Shown piece after piece: positions 39,278-48,618 of a stretch of DNA of 57,096 bases; within the stretch, counting starts at the first letter, position 1; the number at the start of each line of letters is the position of its first letter. The notes below the pieces were generated by a model. That model was not told the origin of the DNA and did not search any database. It saw only the letters and a program-made list of their open reading frames with translations. The translations under genes and the position numbers were made by a program. The DNA is from Acidobacteriota bacterium (GTDB taxonomy: Bacteria > Acidobacteriota > UBA6911 > JACQSX01): the NCBI GenBank assembly GCA_036507075.1, contig DASXQR010000132.1:1-57096 (forward strand), given 5' to 3'.

Positions 39278-39523
39278 ATGACCGACCGAGCACAAGCACT
39301 GCTTCGCGAAGCCCTGAACCTTCCGCCCGACGAACGTGCCGACGTCGCTGCCGAATTGTTGGCGAGCCTTGATGAACCGCCGACCGAAGACCCGGTGGTT
39401 GTGCAGGCTGCCTGGGCGAAAGAGATCGAGCGGCGAGCCCGTCGCGTTCTGGCCAATGAATCCGCAGGCGAGCCTTGGGAAGATGTGCGCGAGCGAATCT
39501 CCCGCCGTCTGACCGAGCGGTGA
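39278..39523 (+). CDS. Addiction-module antitoxin component
   Basis: ALNLPPDERADVAAELLASL..AWAKEIERR..PWEDVRERI; TAGAAT 6 nt upstream suggests leaderless expression. Confidence 0.88.
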   Translation: MTDRAQALLREALNLPPDERADVAAELLASLDEPPTEDPVVVQAAWAKEIERRARRVLANESAGEPWEDVRERISRRLTER

Positions 39524-39664
39524 CGCCTCGGTTCCGAACTGAACCCCGAAGCCTCTGCCGAACTCGATGAAGCGACTCTCTGGTACGAACAACAACGGAG
39601 CGGTCTTGGGTGTGAGTTTCTCGCAGCCATCGATGCTGCTCTGGAATTCATCGATCGTGGTTAG
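39520..39664 (+). pseudogene. RelE/ParE-family toxin, frameshifted and truncated
   Basis: GTGA overlap start; extra C in GAACCCCGAA; then PEASAELDEATLWYEQQRSGLGCEFLAAID, cut off at the GTTAGGC core site. Confidence 0.8.
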
Positions 39665-39852
39665 GCGCCGGGCTCCGGTACCTGCAGATCGCGACAAATC
39701 TTGCGCGCTAGGAAGTCATTGATGTCGCGATGACGTGGCACAGTCGACGACTTACGAGCTGGCCGATTCACGTAGACGGTATGATTGCTGCCTTCGCGAA
39801 GAAACTCGCAACCGTTCCGCTCTAAGTGGCGGATCAGGTCGCGTCTTTTCAT
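39661..39852 (-). CDS. hicA: HicA toxin
   Basis: MKRRDLIRHL..REGSNH..VPRH..ICRDL; stop codon lies within GCCTAAC. Confidence 0.9.
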   Translation of the reverse strand: MKRRDLIRHLERNGCEFLREGSNHTVYVNRPARKSSTVPRHRDINDFLARKICRDLQVPEPGA

Positions 39853-40067
39853 TTTGGCGTTAGAGAGAGTGGTTCCCGGATAACTTGGCGACCCCGAAGT
39901 GTCTCTTCTGCCATTATGCGGTTAGCTTCGAGCACCAGTTCGACTGCCTCCTGCAGATTCGATCTCGCCTCCTCAAGCGTGGCACCCTGCGTGTTGGCGC
40001 CGGGCAACTCTTCAACGAAACCAATGTAGCCCTCAGGCACTTTCTCAAAGACTGCTGTCAACTTCAT
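39849..40067 (-). CDS. hicB: HicB antitoxin (short form)
   Basis: ELPGANTQGATLEEARSNLQEAVEL; TGGTAGAAT extended -10 upstream. Confidence 0.9.
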   Translation of the reverse strand: MKLTAVFEKVPEGYIGFVEELPGANTQGATLEEARSNLQEAVELVLEANRIMAEETLRGRQVIREPLSLTPK

Positions 40068-40121
40068 GTTCACGCCCATCCCGGTGATGCAATTCTACCA
40101 TGCGCTGCTCGCCGCAGAAGA

Positions 40122-40211
40122 CGCTTACAATATGGAGTGCAGCGGCGAGCGGGGCGAATCCGCTGCGATGACGGGTCAGGCCGACCCCGCCGCGGAGCCT
40201 CGTGGTTAGGC
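40122..40211 (-). other. Degenerate attC-like site
   Basis: Minus strand GCCTAAC ... GTAAGCG with internal palindrome. Confidence 0.5.
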
Positions 40212-40307
40212 AGTCTTGGTTACTTCGAGTGATTTTACCTGACCACAGGCCCCTCAATTGGGACAGCTGGGCAAAACCAACGCTCGTCTGTCTCTAAACT
40301 GTCAGCG

Positions 40308-40394
40308 TTCTAACGATAGGCATCAGCCGCGTGCCCAAGACAAAGTTGCGATCGCAGAACAGTTGCGGCACGTCGGCTGCATGCTGTGGTAGGC
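40308..40394 (-). other. attC-like site
   Basis: TTCTAACGATAGGCATCAGCCGCG...CGTCGGCTGCATGCTGTGGTAGGC; imperfect palindrome with bulged bases. Confidence 0.7.
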
Positions 40395-40966
40395 GTGAAG
40401 TCCCAGCTAGTGACGACCAATATCGACCAATATTGCCTGTCACAATTGTCTGGAACAAATCCAGATCTGGTGGCTATTTAGGAAACTGTCGATGCGATTT
40501 TCGTGCTAGTTGGCAGAGGACACCCAATCGAAAACCAAAGCCGGTCATGGATAAGAGTAAGCCTCTCCCGAATGAGGGTCCAGTTGGTGGGAATCGTCGC
40601 ACGCGGGCAAAGCGGGTTTCAGAGAACGTGAAAACAGCATTATCTGTGCTGTAACATCCCGTTCTGCTTAGGTTCCCAAAGCGAATTGGTGACAGACAAT
40701 GACGACGTTGACAATGACGACGTTGTTTTGCTGTGCGATGTGTTTGGGGAAGATCGTGTTCGTGTGGCAGCGATTGGCCGAACAGCACTGGCAACTGGGT
40801 TACCCATGCGAGGATGCTGACGCTCGTGCAAAACTACTTCAACGCCAAAGGCCGCACGGCCGCAGAGGAGTACTTCTGGAAGAACTCCATCGCCGCCCAC
40901 CGTTGGGCCAATTGTGATCCCGGCCAGCCGGACCTCAGGGCGGGGAACGCTTCCACTGGGCTACGG

Positions 40967-42856
40967 TTAAGGGGGAAGGCCCACGCGGCGTTGCAAATCC
41001 TGGAAGCGCCGATCGGAGCGCAACCGATCCAGGCGGGGGTCCAGCTTCATCCAAATCATCCAGTGGGAACGTTCTTGGAAGGCGAGCTCCAGCTCGCGCA
41101 GTGCCTGCTCGCTGCGTCCCAGCCCAGTCGAGATTGCCGCAAAGCCATACTCGGGAACATATTTCTTTTTGGCAAGCTGCCGCAGTTCGCGAGACATCTT
41201 TTCTGTCTCGACGGCGTGGCCTGCAAGCGCGTGGGCGTGCGCAAGGGAGAGAGGGGGCACGGGGCTCCCAACGAGCCGCTGTGTGGTAATGGTGAATTCC
41301 TGGATAGCCTGATCGTATTTCTTTTGCTGCTCATAGGTGCGGCCCAGCCAGAGCCGCGCCGTGGGAAATCGTGCGTCCATCTCCAGAGTCCTGCGAAGTT
41401 GCTGTTCCGCTTGGTCGTACTGCCGAGCCAGATAGGAATGCCATCCCAAGTTGGTGCTGATGGCCAGGGAAAGGGGATCCAATTGCCGGGCGAGCTGGAA
41501 TTCCGCGGCAGCTTCGTCCAGGCGGCCCATGGCCATCAAGAAAACTCCGTACCATTCGTGGGCGCTGGCGTAGTTGGGGTTCAAGGCCAGGGCCCGTTTG
41601 AACTCGCGCTCGGCTTCCGGAAAATTCCAGTCGTAGTACAGGCGGGTGTAGGCAAGAGAAGCGTGCGCTTCCGCCAGAGTATCATCAATCTGGACGGCTT
41701 TTAGCGCAGCCGCCTGCGCTTGTCCGAATGCCGCGCGCGGCGGCAGGTAGTTCAGATAAGCCAGAGCGGAGTATGAGTCGGCGAGCCCGGAGTGCGATGG
41801 CGCATAATTCGGATCGCGGCCAACGGACTCTTCGAAGTGGCGGACGGCCGTCTCAAGTGACTCGCCGCTGCGTTTGTTCCAGAAATAACGCCCCTTCAGG
41901 TACAGCTCGTACGCTTCGGGGTCCAGCGAGGGAGGGGTGCGGCCCTGCATCTGACCCGCAGGCAGGGCCACCTGGATCTGCCGCGCAACAGCCAGGGAGA
42001 CTTCACGCTGGATCGACAGTAGGTCGTTCAGGTCGCGGTCGAACGTGTCGGCCCAGAGATGCGTCTGATCGACGACCTGGATCAACTGGGCGGTGATGCG
42101 CACGCGACCGCCTTCGCGCCGCACGCTGCCTTCCAGCACATAATCGGTTCCCAGTTCCTTCCGGATCAAGTCGAGCGGCCGCTCAGCGCGCTTGAACCGC
42201 ATCACGGAAGTGCGCGCGATGACGCCCAATCGTTCCGGATTCAAGCGTCCGAGCTGTGTGATCATTTCCTCCGTCATGCCCTCGGCGAAGAATTCCTGAG
42301 CCGGGTCGTCGCTCAGATTCTGAAACGGGAGCACAGCCAGCACTATCTTCCCCTGACGTGTTGGCGCCGAGTGCCTCGAATCCCAGCGCAGAGCGTAAAT
42401 TCCCATGATCAACGCGGCGATAATTCCCAGGAGCCATAACCAGGAAGCCCGAGACGACACTGCACCTTTCGGCAATGGAGCACCGCGCGACTCGGCCAGC
42501 GCCGGAGTAGGCGTGCCATGGTTGCCGGATTGCGCGATGGCTTCGACGGGCATAATGAACCGGTAGCCCTTGCCGACGACGGTTTCGACAAAGCGAGGTT
42601 GTTCCGCGTCATCATCCAGCGCCATACGGATCTTGCGGATGGCGGTGTTGATGCCGTGTTCCGTGTCCACGAATACCTCGCCACCCCACAGCTTGCCGGC
42701 GATTTCTTCCCGTGTGATCAACCGGCCCCGGTTCTGCACGAGCAGGACGAGCAGTTCCATGGGTATCTTCTCGAGCTTGAGGGTCCGATCGTTGCGGCGC
42801 AGCTCGTATCGCTCCAGGTCGATTTCGGAATCGCCAAACTGGAAACGCGTGAGCAC
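40967..42856 (-). CDS. CadC-like winged-helix regulator with transmembrane segment, TolB-N-like domain and TPRs
   Basis: INTAIRKIRMALDD..FVETVVGKGYRF; LAVLPFQNLS; EAYELYLKGRYFWNKR. Confidence 0.9.
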   Translation of the reverse strand: MLTRFQFGDSEIDLERYELRRNDRTLKLEKIPMELLVLLVQNRGRLITREEIAGKLWGGEVFVDTEHGINTAIRKIRMALDDDAEQPRFVETVVGKGYRFIMPVEAIAQSGNHGTPTPALAESRGAPLPKGAVSSRASWLWLLGIIAALIMGIYALRWDSRHSAPTRQGKIVLAVLPFQNLSDDPAQEFFAEGMTEEMITQLGRLNPERLGVIARTSVMRFKRAERPLDLIRKELGTDYVLEGSVRREGGRVRITAQLIQVVDQTHLWADTFDRDLNDLLSIQREVSLAVARQIQVALPAGQMQGRTPPSLDPEAYELYLKGRYFWNKRSGESLETAVRHFEESVGRDPNYAPSHSGLADSYSALAYLNYLPPRAAFGQAQAAALKAVQIDDTLAEAHASLAYTRLYYDWNFPEAEREFKRALALNPNYASAHEWYGVFLMAMGRLDEAAAEFQLARQLDPLSLAISTNLGWHSYLARQYDQAEQQLRRTLEMDARFPTARLWLGRTYEQQKKYDQAIQEFTITTQRLVGSPVPPLSLAHAHALAGHAVETEKMSRELRQLAKKKYVPEYGFAAISTGLGRSEQALRELELAFQERSHWMIWMKLDPRLDRLRSDRRFQDLQRRVGLPP

Positions 42857-43030
42857 GGTATTTCCCTTTCAGGTAGACTCGACTATAGCGGACTGCTGAT
42901 TACCCCGTAAAGCATTCGATTTGCTACCTTCATCCTTTCTTTACCGAACCTTTATTTCCTCTGCATTGCCGGCGTTGAGACGATGAGGCACCCTGCGCTC
43001 GCGTCCACAATCACTTTTAAGGAGGTTCGT

Positions 43031-43765
43031 ATGAATTTTGGCAAATTGGGACTCTTGTTTTGGCTGGCGACTGTCGCCTCCGCCGCGCAGCCGCCGTGCG
43101 CCGCCGCGCAGGCGTTGTCCTCCGGCAACATCTGGCCCGAAGATGAGGTCGCGTTTGAGCTGATCGGACAGGTAAAAAACTCTCCGCCCGCAGGGCCAGG
43201 ACTGCCTGCGACGTCGGTCCAATATGGTTACCTGCCGTACATCAATGGCCTCACCACAGAGCAGGTCTTTGATACTGGTGGGTCGAAGAACGAAACGACG
43301 GCACGGTTCACTTTCTATAACGACTCCGTCACGGTGCGCGTCGTTCCCCACGGGCGATGGACGATTGTCACGCGCGAAGGGACAATGACGATTTATCACG
43401 ACGATACGCCGGATGGTGACCTCACTACGCCGAACCCGGACTCATTCCGCGACGGCATAGCGGTGCTGACGTCCACGTGGCGTCATCAGGTGATCTTTGA
43501 GGCCGCGCACTCCGGGCTCTTCTTTGTCACCTTTGAGAACAAGGTTACATCGGTTGAGCCGTTCTTCCTGGAGGGCAGCGAAATTCGCCTCGCAAAGATC
43601 GGAGACCGTTACCGGATCAATCTGGTCGGAGGACTGGATCCGGCCGGGCTCGTGAACGGCAAATTCGCGGGCACTGCTACGGTGTTGGGAAACAGGAAGC
43701 TTCAAAACACAGCGCCCCCGGCGCTGCTACTTGAACCACTTAACTGGCGTCGATCAGAGCCGTGA
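43031..43765 (+). CDS. Secreted hypothetical protein
   Basis: GGAGG RBS, signal peptide, beta-rich sequence; divergent from the regulator. Confidence 0.7.
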   Translation: MNFGKLGLLFWLATVASAAQPPCAAAQALSSGNIWPEDEVAFELIGQVKNSPPAGPGLPATSVQYGYLPYINGLTTEQVFDTGGSKNETTARFTFYNDSVTVRVVPHGRWTIVTREGTMTIYHDDTPDGDLTTPNPDSFRDGIAVLTSTWRHQVIFEAAHSGLFFVTFENKVTSVEPFFLEGSEIRLAKIGDRYRINLVGGLDPAGLVNGKFAGTATVLGNRKLQNTAPPALLLEPLNWRRSEP

Positions 43766-43924
43766 CCGTAAGGGGAGCGTAAGGCTTTGCTCTAAGCAGG
43801 TTCAAGTTTGTGTTCGGGGATGCGGTAGCGAGCGCGGTTGCACCGACTGTGTGAGCCGGAAACGACTATCAGAAACTTGTTCCCGTTATGGGACACACCC
43901 GATCGCAATCGCTCGCGGTTCTGA
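43754..43924. repeat. Degenerate TCAGAGCCGnGACCGTAAGGGAGCG-type REP cluster
   Basis: Left unit 43754-43779; inverted GCTCGCGGTTCTGA at 43911-43924. Confidence 0.5.
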
Positions 43925-44066
43925 ACGCTCAACGCCCGGAGCGCCACTGTACGAATGAGTTTGAAGGGCGGCCGTCCGGCAAAAATCGCTCACTCTTTAG
44001 GGGTTCTGGGTGTATTTTGCGTGTAAAAAAGTAGAACCGGAATCTTCCATAACCGAGGTAAAGCCT

Positions 44067-45146
44067 ATGCGACATCCTATATTGGTGAGGTTTAGCTATG
44101 GTCTACCCAGCCTCGTGGTTGTGCTGGGCATCATAATTGCAGCTCCCAACGCCTTTTCGCAGGGCTGAGTGCCGGCCCGATTCATGGCGCTCAGTTTGGG
44201 CGACGAAGGCGTGACACATCTCCCAGGCGGCCAATGGCAGACGACGGTCGCTTATCGGTTCCTCCATGGCGAAGACGGGTATATCGGCGACCGCTTCGAT
44301 CCAAATTACGCAAGCACGATCGGAGCAGTTATCGATATTCACTCGCTCGATATCCAGACTACCTATGCTTTCAACAAGCGCTCCAGCATGACCCTTACCT
44401 TGCCGCTCGTGCACGGAAGGATCTCTAGTTTTCGCGATCACGAAAACGATGGGATTCATCGCCACACCATGAGGGGCCGTGGGGTTGGCGATGCCAGGTT
44501 GCTTGCGAACGCTTGGCTGCTTGATCCGGGGAAGCACCCTGATGGAAACGTCTCCGTGAGTCTCGGCTTCAAGGCCCCGACGGGACGCTCCAGTGCGCGC
44601 GATAGGGCCTATCGGCCTACGGGACCAGTAGTAATTCCGGTCGATATCGCAATCCAGCCCGGCGACGGCGGTTGGGGTATGGTTGTGGAGAGCGTGGCCT
44701 ACGGAAAGGTCTTGCCGCGGGCCCTTGTCTATGCGGCCGGCTTCTACATGTTTAATCCTCGCGAGAAAAACGGCGCCGTGACCACCATTCCCGTTTACGG
44801 TCAATACCGGCCCCTGTCCGTTCCCGACCAGTATCAGGCCCGCGTCGGATTGAACTATGCGCTCGCCCCGCAAAAGAGACTGTCGGTCAGTCTGGGCGGG
44901 AGGATCGACGGAATTCCCAGCCGCGATGTGTTCGCCGGGAATGACGGCTTTCGACGGCCTGGCATGGCGGTGTACATAGAACCGGGTGTCAGCTTTGCGC
45001 GGGGAGCAAACGTGTACAACGTATTTGTGCCTGTGGCTACGTATCGGAACAGGACACGAAACGTGTACGACGTTCGGTTCGGTGGCCACGGACCAGGCGC
45101 ATTTGCGAATTTCCTGATCATCGCGAGTGTGACGCGCAGGTTCTAG
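44067..45146 (+). CDS. Outer-membrane beta-barrel ('transporter'-like) protein with in-frame UGA at 44166-44168; probable selenoprotein
   Basis: GAGGT RBS, ATG, signal peptide ending AFS, then QG-UGA-VPARF in frame with the 325-aa ORF. GVGDARL, SLGFKAPTG and IQPGDGGWG barrel motifs; terminal Phe. Confidence 0.75.
44175..44210 (+). promoter_or_regulatory. Candidate bacterial SECIS element
   Basis: GCC..TTC..CGCTCA-GTT-TGGGCG..GAA-GGC stem-loop; apical loop starts with G, 25 nt after the UGA. Confidence 0.55.
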
Positions 45147-45321
45147 GATTATTCCCGAGCAGTCCCGCAGCCGATGTTCAGTTCTGTAACGCAGATCGGC
45201 GAGCCCCGGGCTATTTGTCCGTCTTATTGAAACACTCGCACGGTCTTGCGCGCCTGGCAAAGCGCCTCGTTACTAAATGCGCAGACCACTAATGTCCGGT
45301 GAGAATCGGCTACAGATCCCT

Positions 45322-45370
45322 ACAAGACGACGGCAACAGCTTTGTGCTGACACAGCTTTGTGCTGATTTT
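45322..45370 (+). repeat. 22-bp direct repeat copy 2, with tandem ACAGCTTTGTGCTGA duplication
   Basis: Read directly. Confidence 0.8.
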
Positions 45371-45534
45371 TCTATAGACTCATCGGACAGGTTATTTGAA
45401 ATAAATCGCAAGCCATGGCCAAAGCATTCTCGAACGGCTGACCTGCGGTCACATGACCTCTGAATCGCACATACGGTTCAGAATTATCCCAACGGCGCTG
45501 CTTCGCAGCGCCGCGCGCTGCGAAGCAGCGCCCC

Positions 45535-46215
45535 GTAGCGACGCGGCATGCCGCGTCAGAGTCGGGCCGCGACATGTCGCGGCCACTGGGAGTTTCTACA
45601 TTTTTAAGAGTGAAGAGACGGCTCAAGGGCTGTCTCGCGAAGCACAGAGCCACGTCCCGCAAGGGCGTGGCGGCAGTTTCAGGTGAATGTCAAGCCGACT
45701 GACCATGCTTCCGCCACGCCCTTGCGGGACGTGGCTCTGTGCTTCGCGTGCCCGGGCTTGCTCGGGCGGACGGCTATTTCGGCAAGGAGACCAGCCCGTG
45801 CGCGGCGAATCTACCCGTCTCCACGGCGTCAGTACCGCGGGCGTCAGCCCGTGCGCGGCGAATCTACCCGCCCCCACGGCGTCAGTACCGCGGGCGTCAA
45901 CCCGTGCACGGCGAATCTACCCGCCTCCACGGCGTCAGTGCCACGGGCCTAAGCCCGTGCGCGGCGAATCTACCCGCCTCCACGGCGTCAGTACCACGGG
46001 CGTCAGCCAGTGCACGGCGAATCTACCCGCCTCCACGGCGTCAGTGCCACGGGCCTAAGCCCGTGCGCGGCGAATCTATCCGCCTCCACGGCGTCAGTAC
46101 CACGGGCGTAAGCCCGTGCCTGGCCGGACATGTCGCGGCCAGGCACGGGGCAGCCAACCGCAAAGGGGCCGCGACATGTCGCGGCCAACTCTGACGCGGC
46201 ATGCCGCGTCGCTAC
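45535..46215. repeat. Composite REP structure: outer GTAG-REP inverted arms enclosing a perfect 38-bp inverted repeat and a tandem array
   Basis: Outer arms 45535-45584 and 46167-46215; inner inverted repeat 45636-45673 and 45711-45748. Confidence 0.85.
45793..46118. repeat. Tandem array of six 53-bp units
   Basis: GAATCTA recurs at 45807, 45860, 45913, 45966, 46019 and 46072; each unit carries a CACGGGC-N-GCCCGTG hairpin. Confidence 0.92.
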
Positions 46216-46289
46216 AATGTCCAAACTCTGGGGGCCTGCTTCGCAGGCCGCGGTACTGATAATGGTAAAGACGAACCGATCTCTTGGAA

Positions 46290-46961
46290 TCAGGGCTCGA
46301 TCTTTCGGCACGTGAGTACACCTGAGTCGACGATCTGCCCCTGGCGCGAGATGGCGTTGAAATACATCTCGGTGCCGGTGATCTCGGCGGCCATAAACGC
46401 CAGATCCGTGTCGAATCCCCTCGCCGTAAGGCCCGTACTCCGGTCGATGTTGCCCTCCCGCAGCTTACCCCCGGACCCCACGACGAAATACGTGATTCCC
46501 TTCTGAGGTTTGATGCGCTCGTAGAAGTGGTCGTGGCCGTTGAGCACGACGCTCACGTTGTACTTCACGAAGAGCGGTTCGAGCACCTCGCGCAGGCGCA
46601 GGTCCGAGCCGTGCCGGTCGCCTGACGAATACAGGGGATGGTGAAAGAAGACGATATTCCAGTCGCTGCTCGATGCCTTCAGCTCCTTCTCAAGCCACTC
46701 GATCTCTTCCGGTTCGGGGTAGGTGCTCTCGAAGGCGAAAAAGCTGACCTCAGACTTAGGCCTGAATTTGTAATAGAGCTTACCTTCCATATTGAAGAGC
46801 TTGTAAAAGCGCTGCTCACGCGCGTCGTGGTTTCCGAGCAGTGTCGGTCCGACCGGGGGCTCCTTGGCCTCGAGAGCCGTGATGGCGCTGTTGCGACAAC
46901 CGGCACCGGTCAAAATCAGGAGAAGGAGGAGGGCGACGAAAAACGGATTACGTGTTGGCAT
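46290..46961 (-). pseudogene. Calcineurin-like metallophosphoesterase with probable in-frame internal deletion
   Basis: Has GNHD, HHPLYS and GHDH motifs but lacks the upstream GDxG and GDN metal-ligand motifs; the leader joins LGNHD directly. Confidence 0.7.
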
Positions 46962-46977
46962 GGTGGGCTCCGTCGGG

Positions 46978-47631
46978 TTATTTTGGCAGTGCGTCTTCGA
47001 TGAAGTCCGCGATGACGTGCGCGTGCACGTCTAACAGGATAAGCCTGTCTCCAATGAACCGGTATTCCAGGTCCTCGGTCAGCTTTGGGAACGTCTGCAG
47101 CACCTGGGGCGGAATAGTAGACAGCGGCACGGTATCGGGATAACGACCGTTGACGGTAAGGGTGATTCCGACCGGATTCTCGTCCATTATTGACGCCTTC
47201 AACTGCTTGCCATCGGACCCTCCGAAAACGTTGGCGAGCAAACGTTTGATAACGGGTCGCGCCTCCGGTGTGAAGATGTCTCCGGGCCTGGCAGTCGCAC
47301 GGGCTTTTTGCACCAGTTTTTCCAGCGCGCGCTGGTTCCTATCGATCTGCTCGGGCGTCGCTTCCTTCGGCAATTTCGGCAGCGATCGCTCGAGCTTGAC
47401 GTGCAGGTCCACGTATTCCTTCAGACGATCATTCATAGTCGCGAGCGCCTCCGCGTCCGCCGGGGTCAGCGGCCCGACGACACGCTCGGTCGGCGGCGCC
47501 GAAGCCGGGGACGCAGACGTTGCCGGAGGAGGAGGGGGAACGTCGCCACCTCCGCACCCGGACAGAGCCAGGGTGGCCGATGTGATAAGTAGGACGACTA
47601 CGTTCCGTGCCGCTGCCGCAGACGTGCGTAC
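46978..47631 (-). CDS. Hypothetical lipoprotein (start uncertain)
   Basis: LALSGC lipobox, Pro-rich linker, LPKL..EYRFIG..LILLD tail; no clean start codon. Confidence 0.6.
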   Translation of the reverse strand, partial: VRTSAAAARNVVVLLITSATLALSGCGGGDVPPPPPATSASPASAPPTERVVGPLTPADAEALATMNDRLKEYVDLHVKLERSLPKLPKEATPEQIDRNQRALEKLVQKARATARPGDIFTPEARPVIKRLLANVFGGSDGKQLKASIMDENPVGITLTVNGRYPDTVPLSTIPPQVLQTFPKLTEDLEYRFIGDRLILLDVHAHVIADFIEDALPK

Positions 47632-47806
47632 ACTCCCGTTTACTGTCGTATCGAACGGCGACCCCACACCAAAACCAGACCCGTGCGACAACCTGATCGC
47701 ACGCTGTTGAGAATTTTCTCCCGAAGTGTGATTGGGAACCACGCTTGCAGTATAACAACGAATCTGGTGCGGGGCTCGGCGGCGGGATGGTAAGTCTTTT
47801 AGAATC

Positions 47807-47850
47807 TGGTGGAGACGAAGGGACTCGAACCCTCGACCTTCCGAATGCGA
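47807..47850 (-). tRNA. 3' half of tRNA-Ala(CGC); att-site remnant, not a functional tRNA
   Basis: TCGCATTCGGAAGGTCGAGGGTTCGAGTCCCTTCGTCTCCACCA: anticodon, T-arm, U70, A73 and CCA present; 5' half missing. Confidence 0.75.
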
Positions 47851-47953
47851 GTGGGTTCCGGGCAAACCGCCCCGGCCCGCTCGTGGTGCGGCTTTCACGC
47901 GGAGACCCGAGCCGCCCCTGGACGGACAGGAGGCGATCACGCAAATAACTTAG

Positions 47954-48012
47954 AAGAGACTGAGGAAGAGACTGAGGGGAAGAGACTGAGAAGAGACTGA
48001 GTGCCTCTCACC
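47954..48012. repeat. Four copies of AAGAGACTGAG ending in TGCCTCTCACC
   Basis: Copies start at 47954, 47966, 47980 and 47991. Confidence 0.85.
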
Positions 48013-48224
48013 ATTGAGAATCGAAAATCCAAGTGTGGTGGGAGCTTGTGTAACTCTCGTGTTCTTTTTGAAGCGAGACTTTTCCGACCTTTTCCGGCTT
48101 GACCACAATACCGCGGGAACTTTTGTGGTGACGAAGTGGAGAACAGACTCGGTGCCCTCGGGATAACAAGAGGACAATTCGCAATCCAGAAACCGTGATG
48201 GATCGGGCTAAGCACCCCGGATAA

Positions 48225-48401
48225 CTTGGACTTTATGCCAAGACCGGAACTATGGGCTGGGAGGAACGAATCGATGGAGGTGGTTTTTTTAGTTCTCCGG
48301 AGTGGTTCGCGGCTCAGGGTGATCGCCTTTACGCCGCCGGGTTCATCCGCAAATCCGACCGGACTTTCGACTTAACCGTCCGCGCCTACAAGACGCACTG
48401 A
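48225..48401 (+). pseudogene. C-terminal fragment of a PQQ-like beta-propeller protein
   Basis: AKTGTMGWEERID...AAQGDRLYAAG...LTVRAYKTH*; no start. Confidence 0.45.
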
Positions 48402-48618
48402 GCTCCATGATCGCCAGACATTGCAGCACCTGACAAACCGCTTCCAGGGCGGACGGCGCTGCGCGCCGCCGCTGAACCTAGGTCCCCTTTAAGCGAAATG
48501 GGGACAGTCCCGAAACAAATCGTCCAGATCCAGGTTGCCAGGTGGCATTCGTGATAAGATCGGCGCAAATTGCTATCTCAAGACAACGGCACCACTCGAT
48601 TCTAAAGGAGCAAACGGT

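Noticed and set aside
40400..40965. Genes between the attC at 40308 and the regulator
   Set aside because: Only short stop-interrupted frames with no recognisable family; probably cassette debris.
44169..45146. GTG 44169 as the real start
   Set aside because: It leaves a beta-barrel without a signal peptide; an in-frame leader with RBS lies upstream of the UGA.
45793..46118. CRISPR array
   Set aside because: The 53-bp units are near-identical along their whole length, with no unique spacers and no cas genes.
45372..46321. ORFs over the repeat hub
   Set aside because: They are translations of palindromes and tandem units; the 53-bp period does not preserve frame.
47807..47880. Functional tRNA gene
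   Set aside because: The D-arm and 5' acceptor strand are absent.
48385..48396. Third copy of the 22-bp direct repeat
   Set aside because: Only CTACAAGACG matches, and it lies within a coding fragment (AYKTH).
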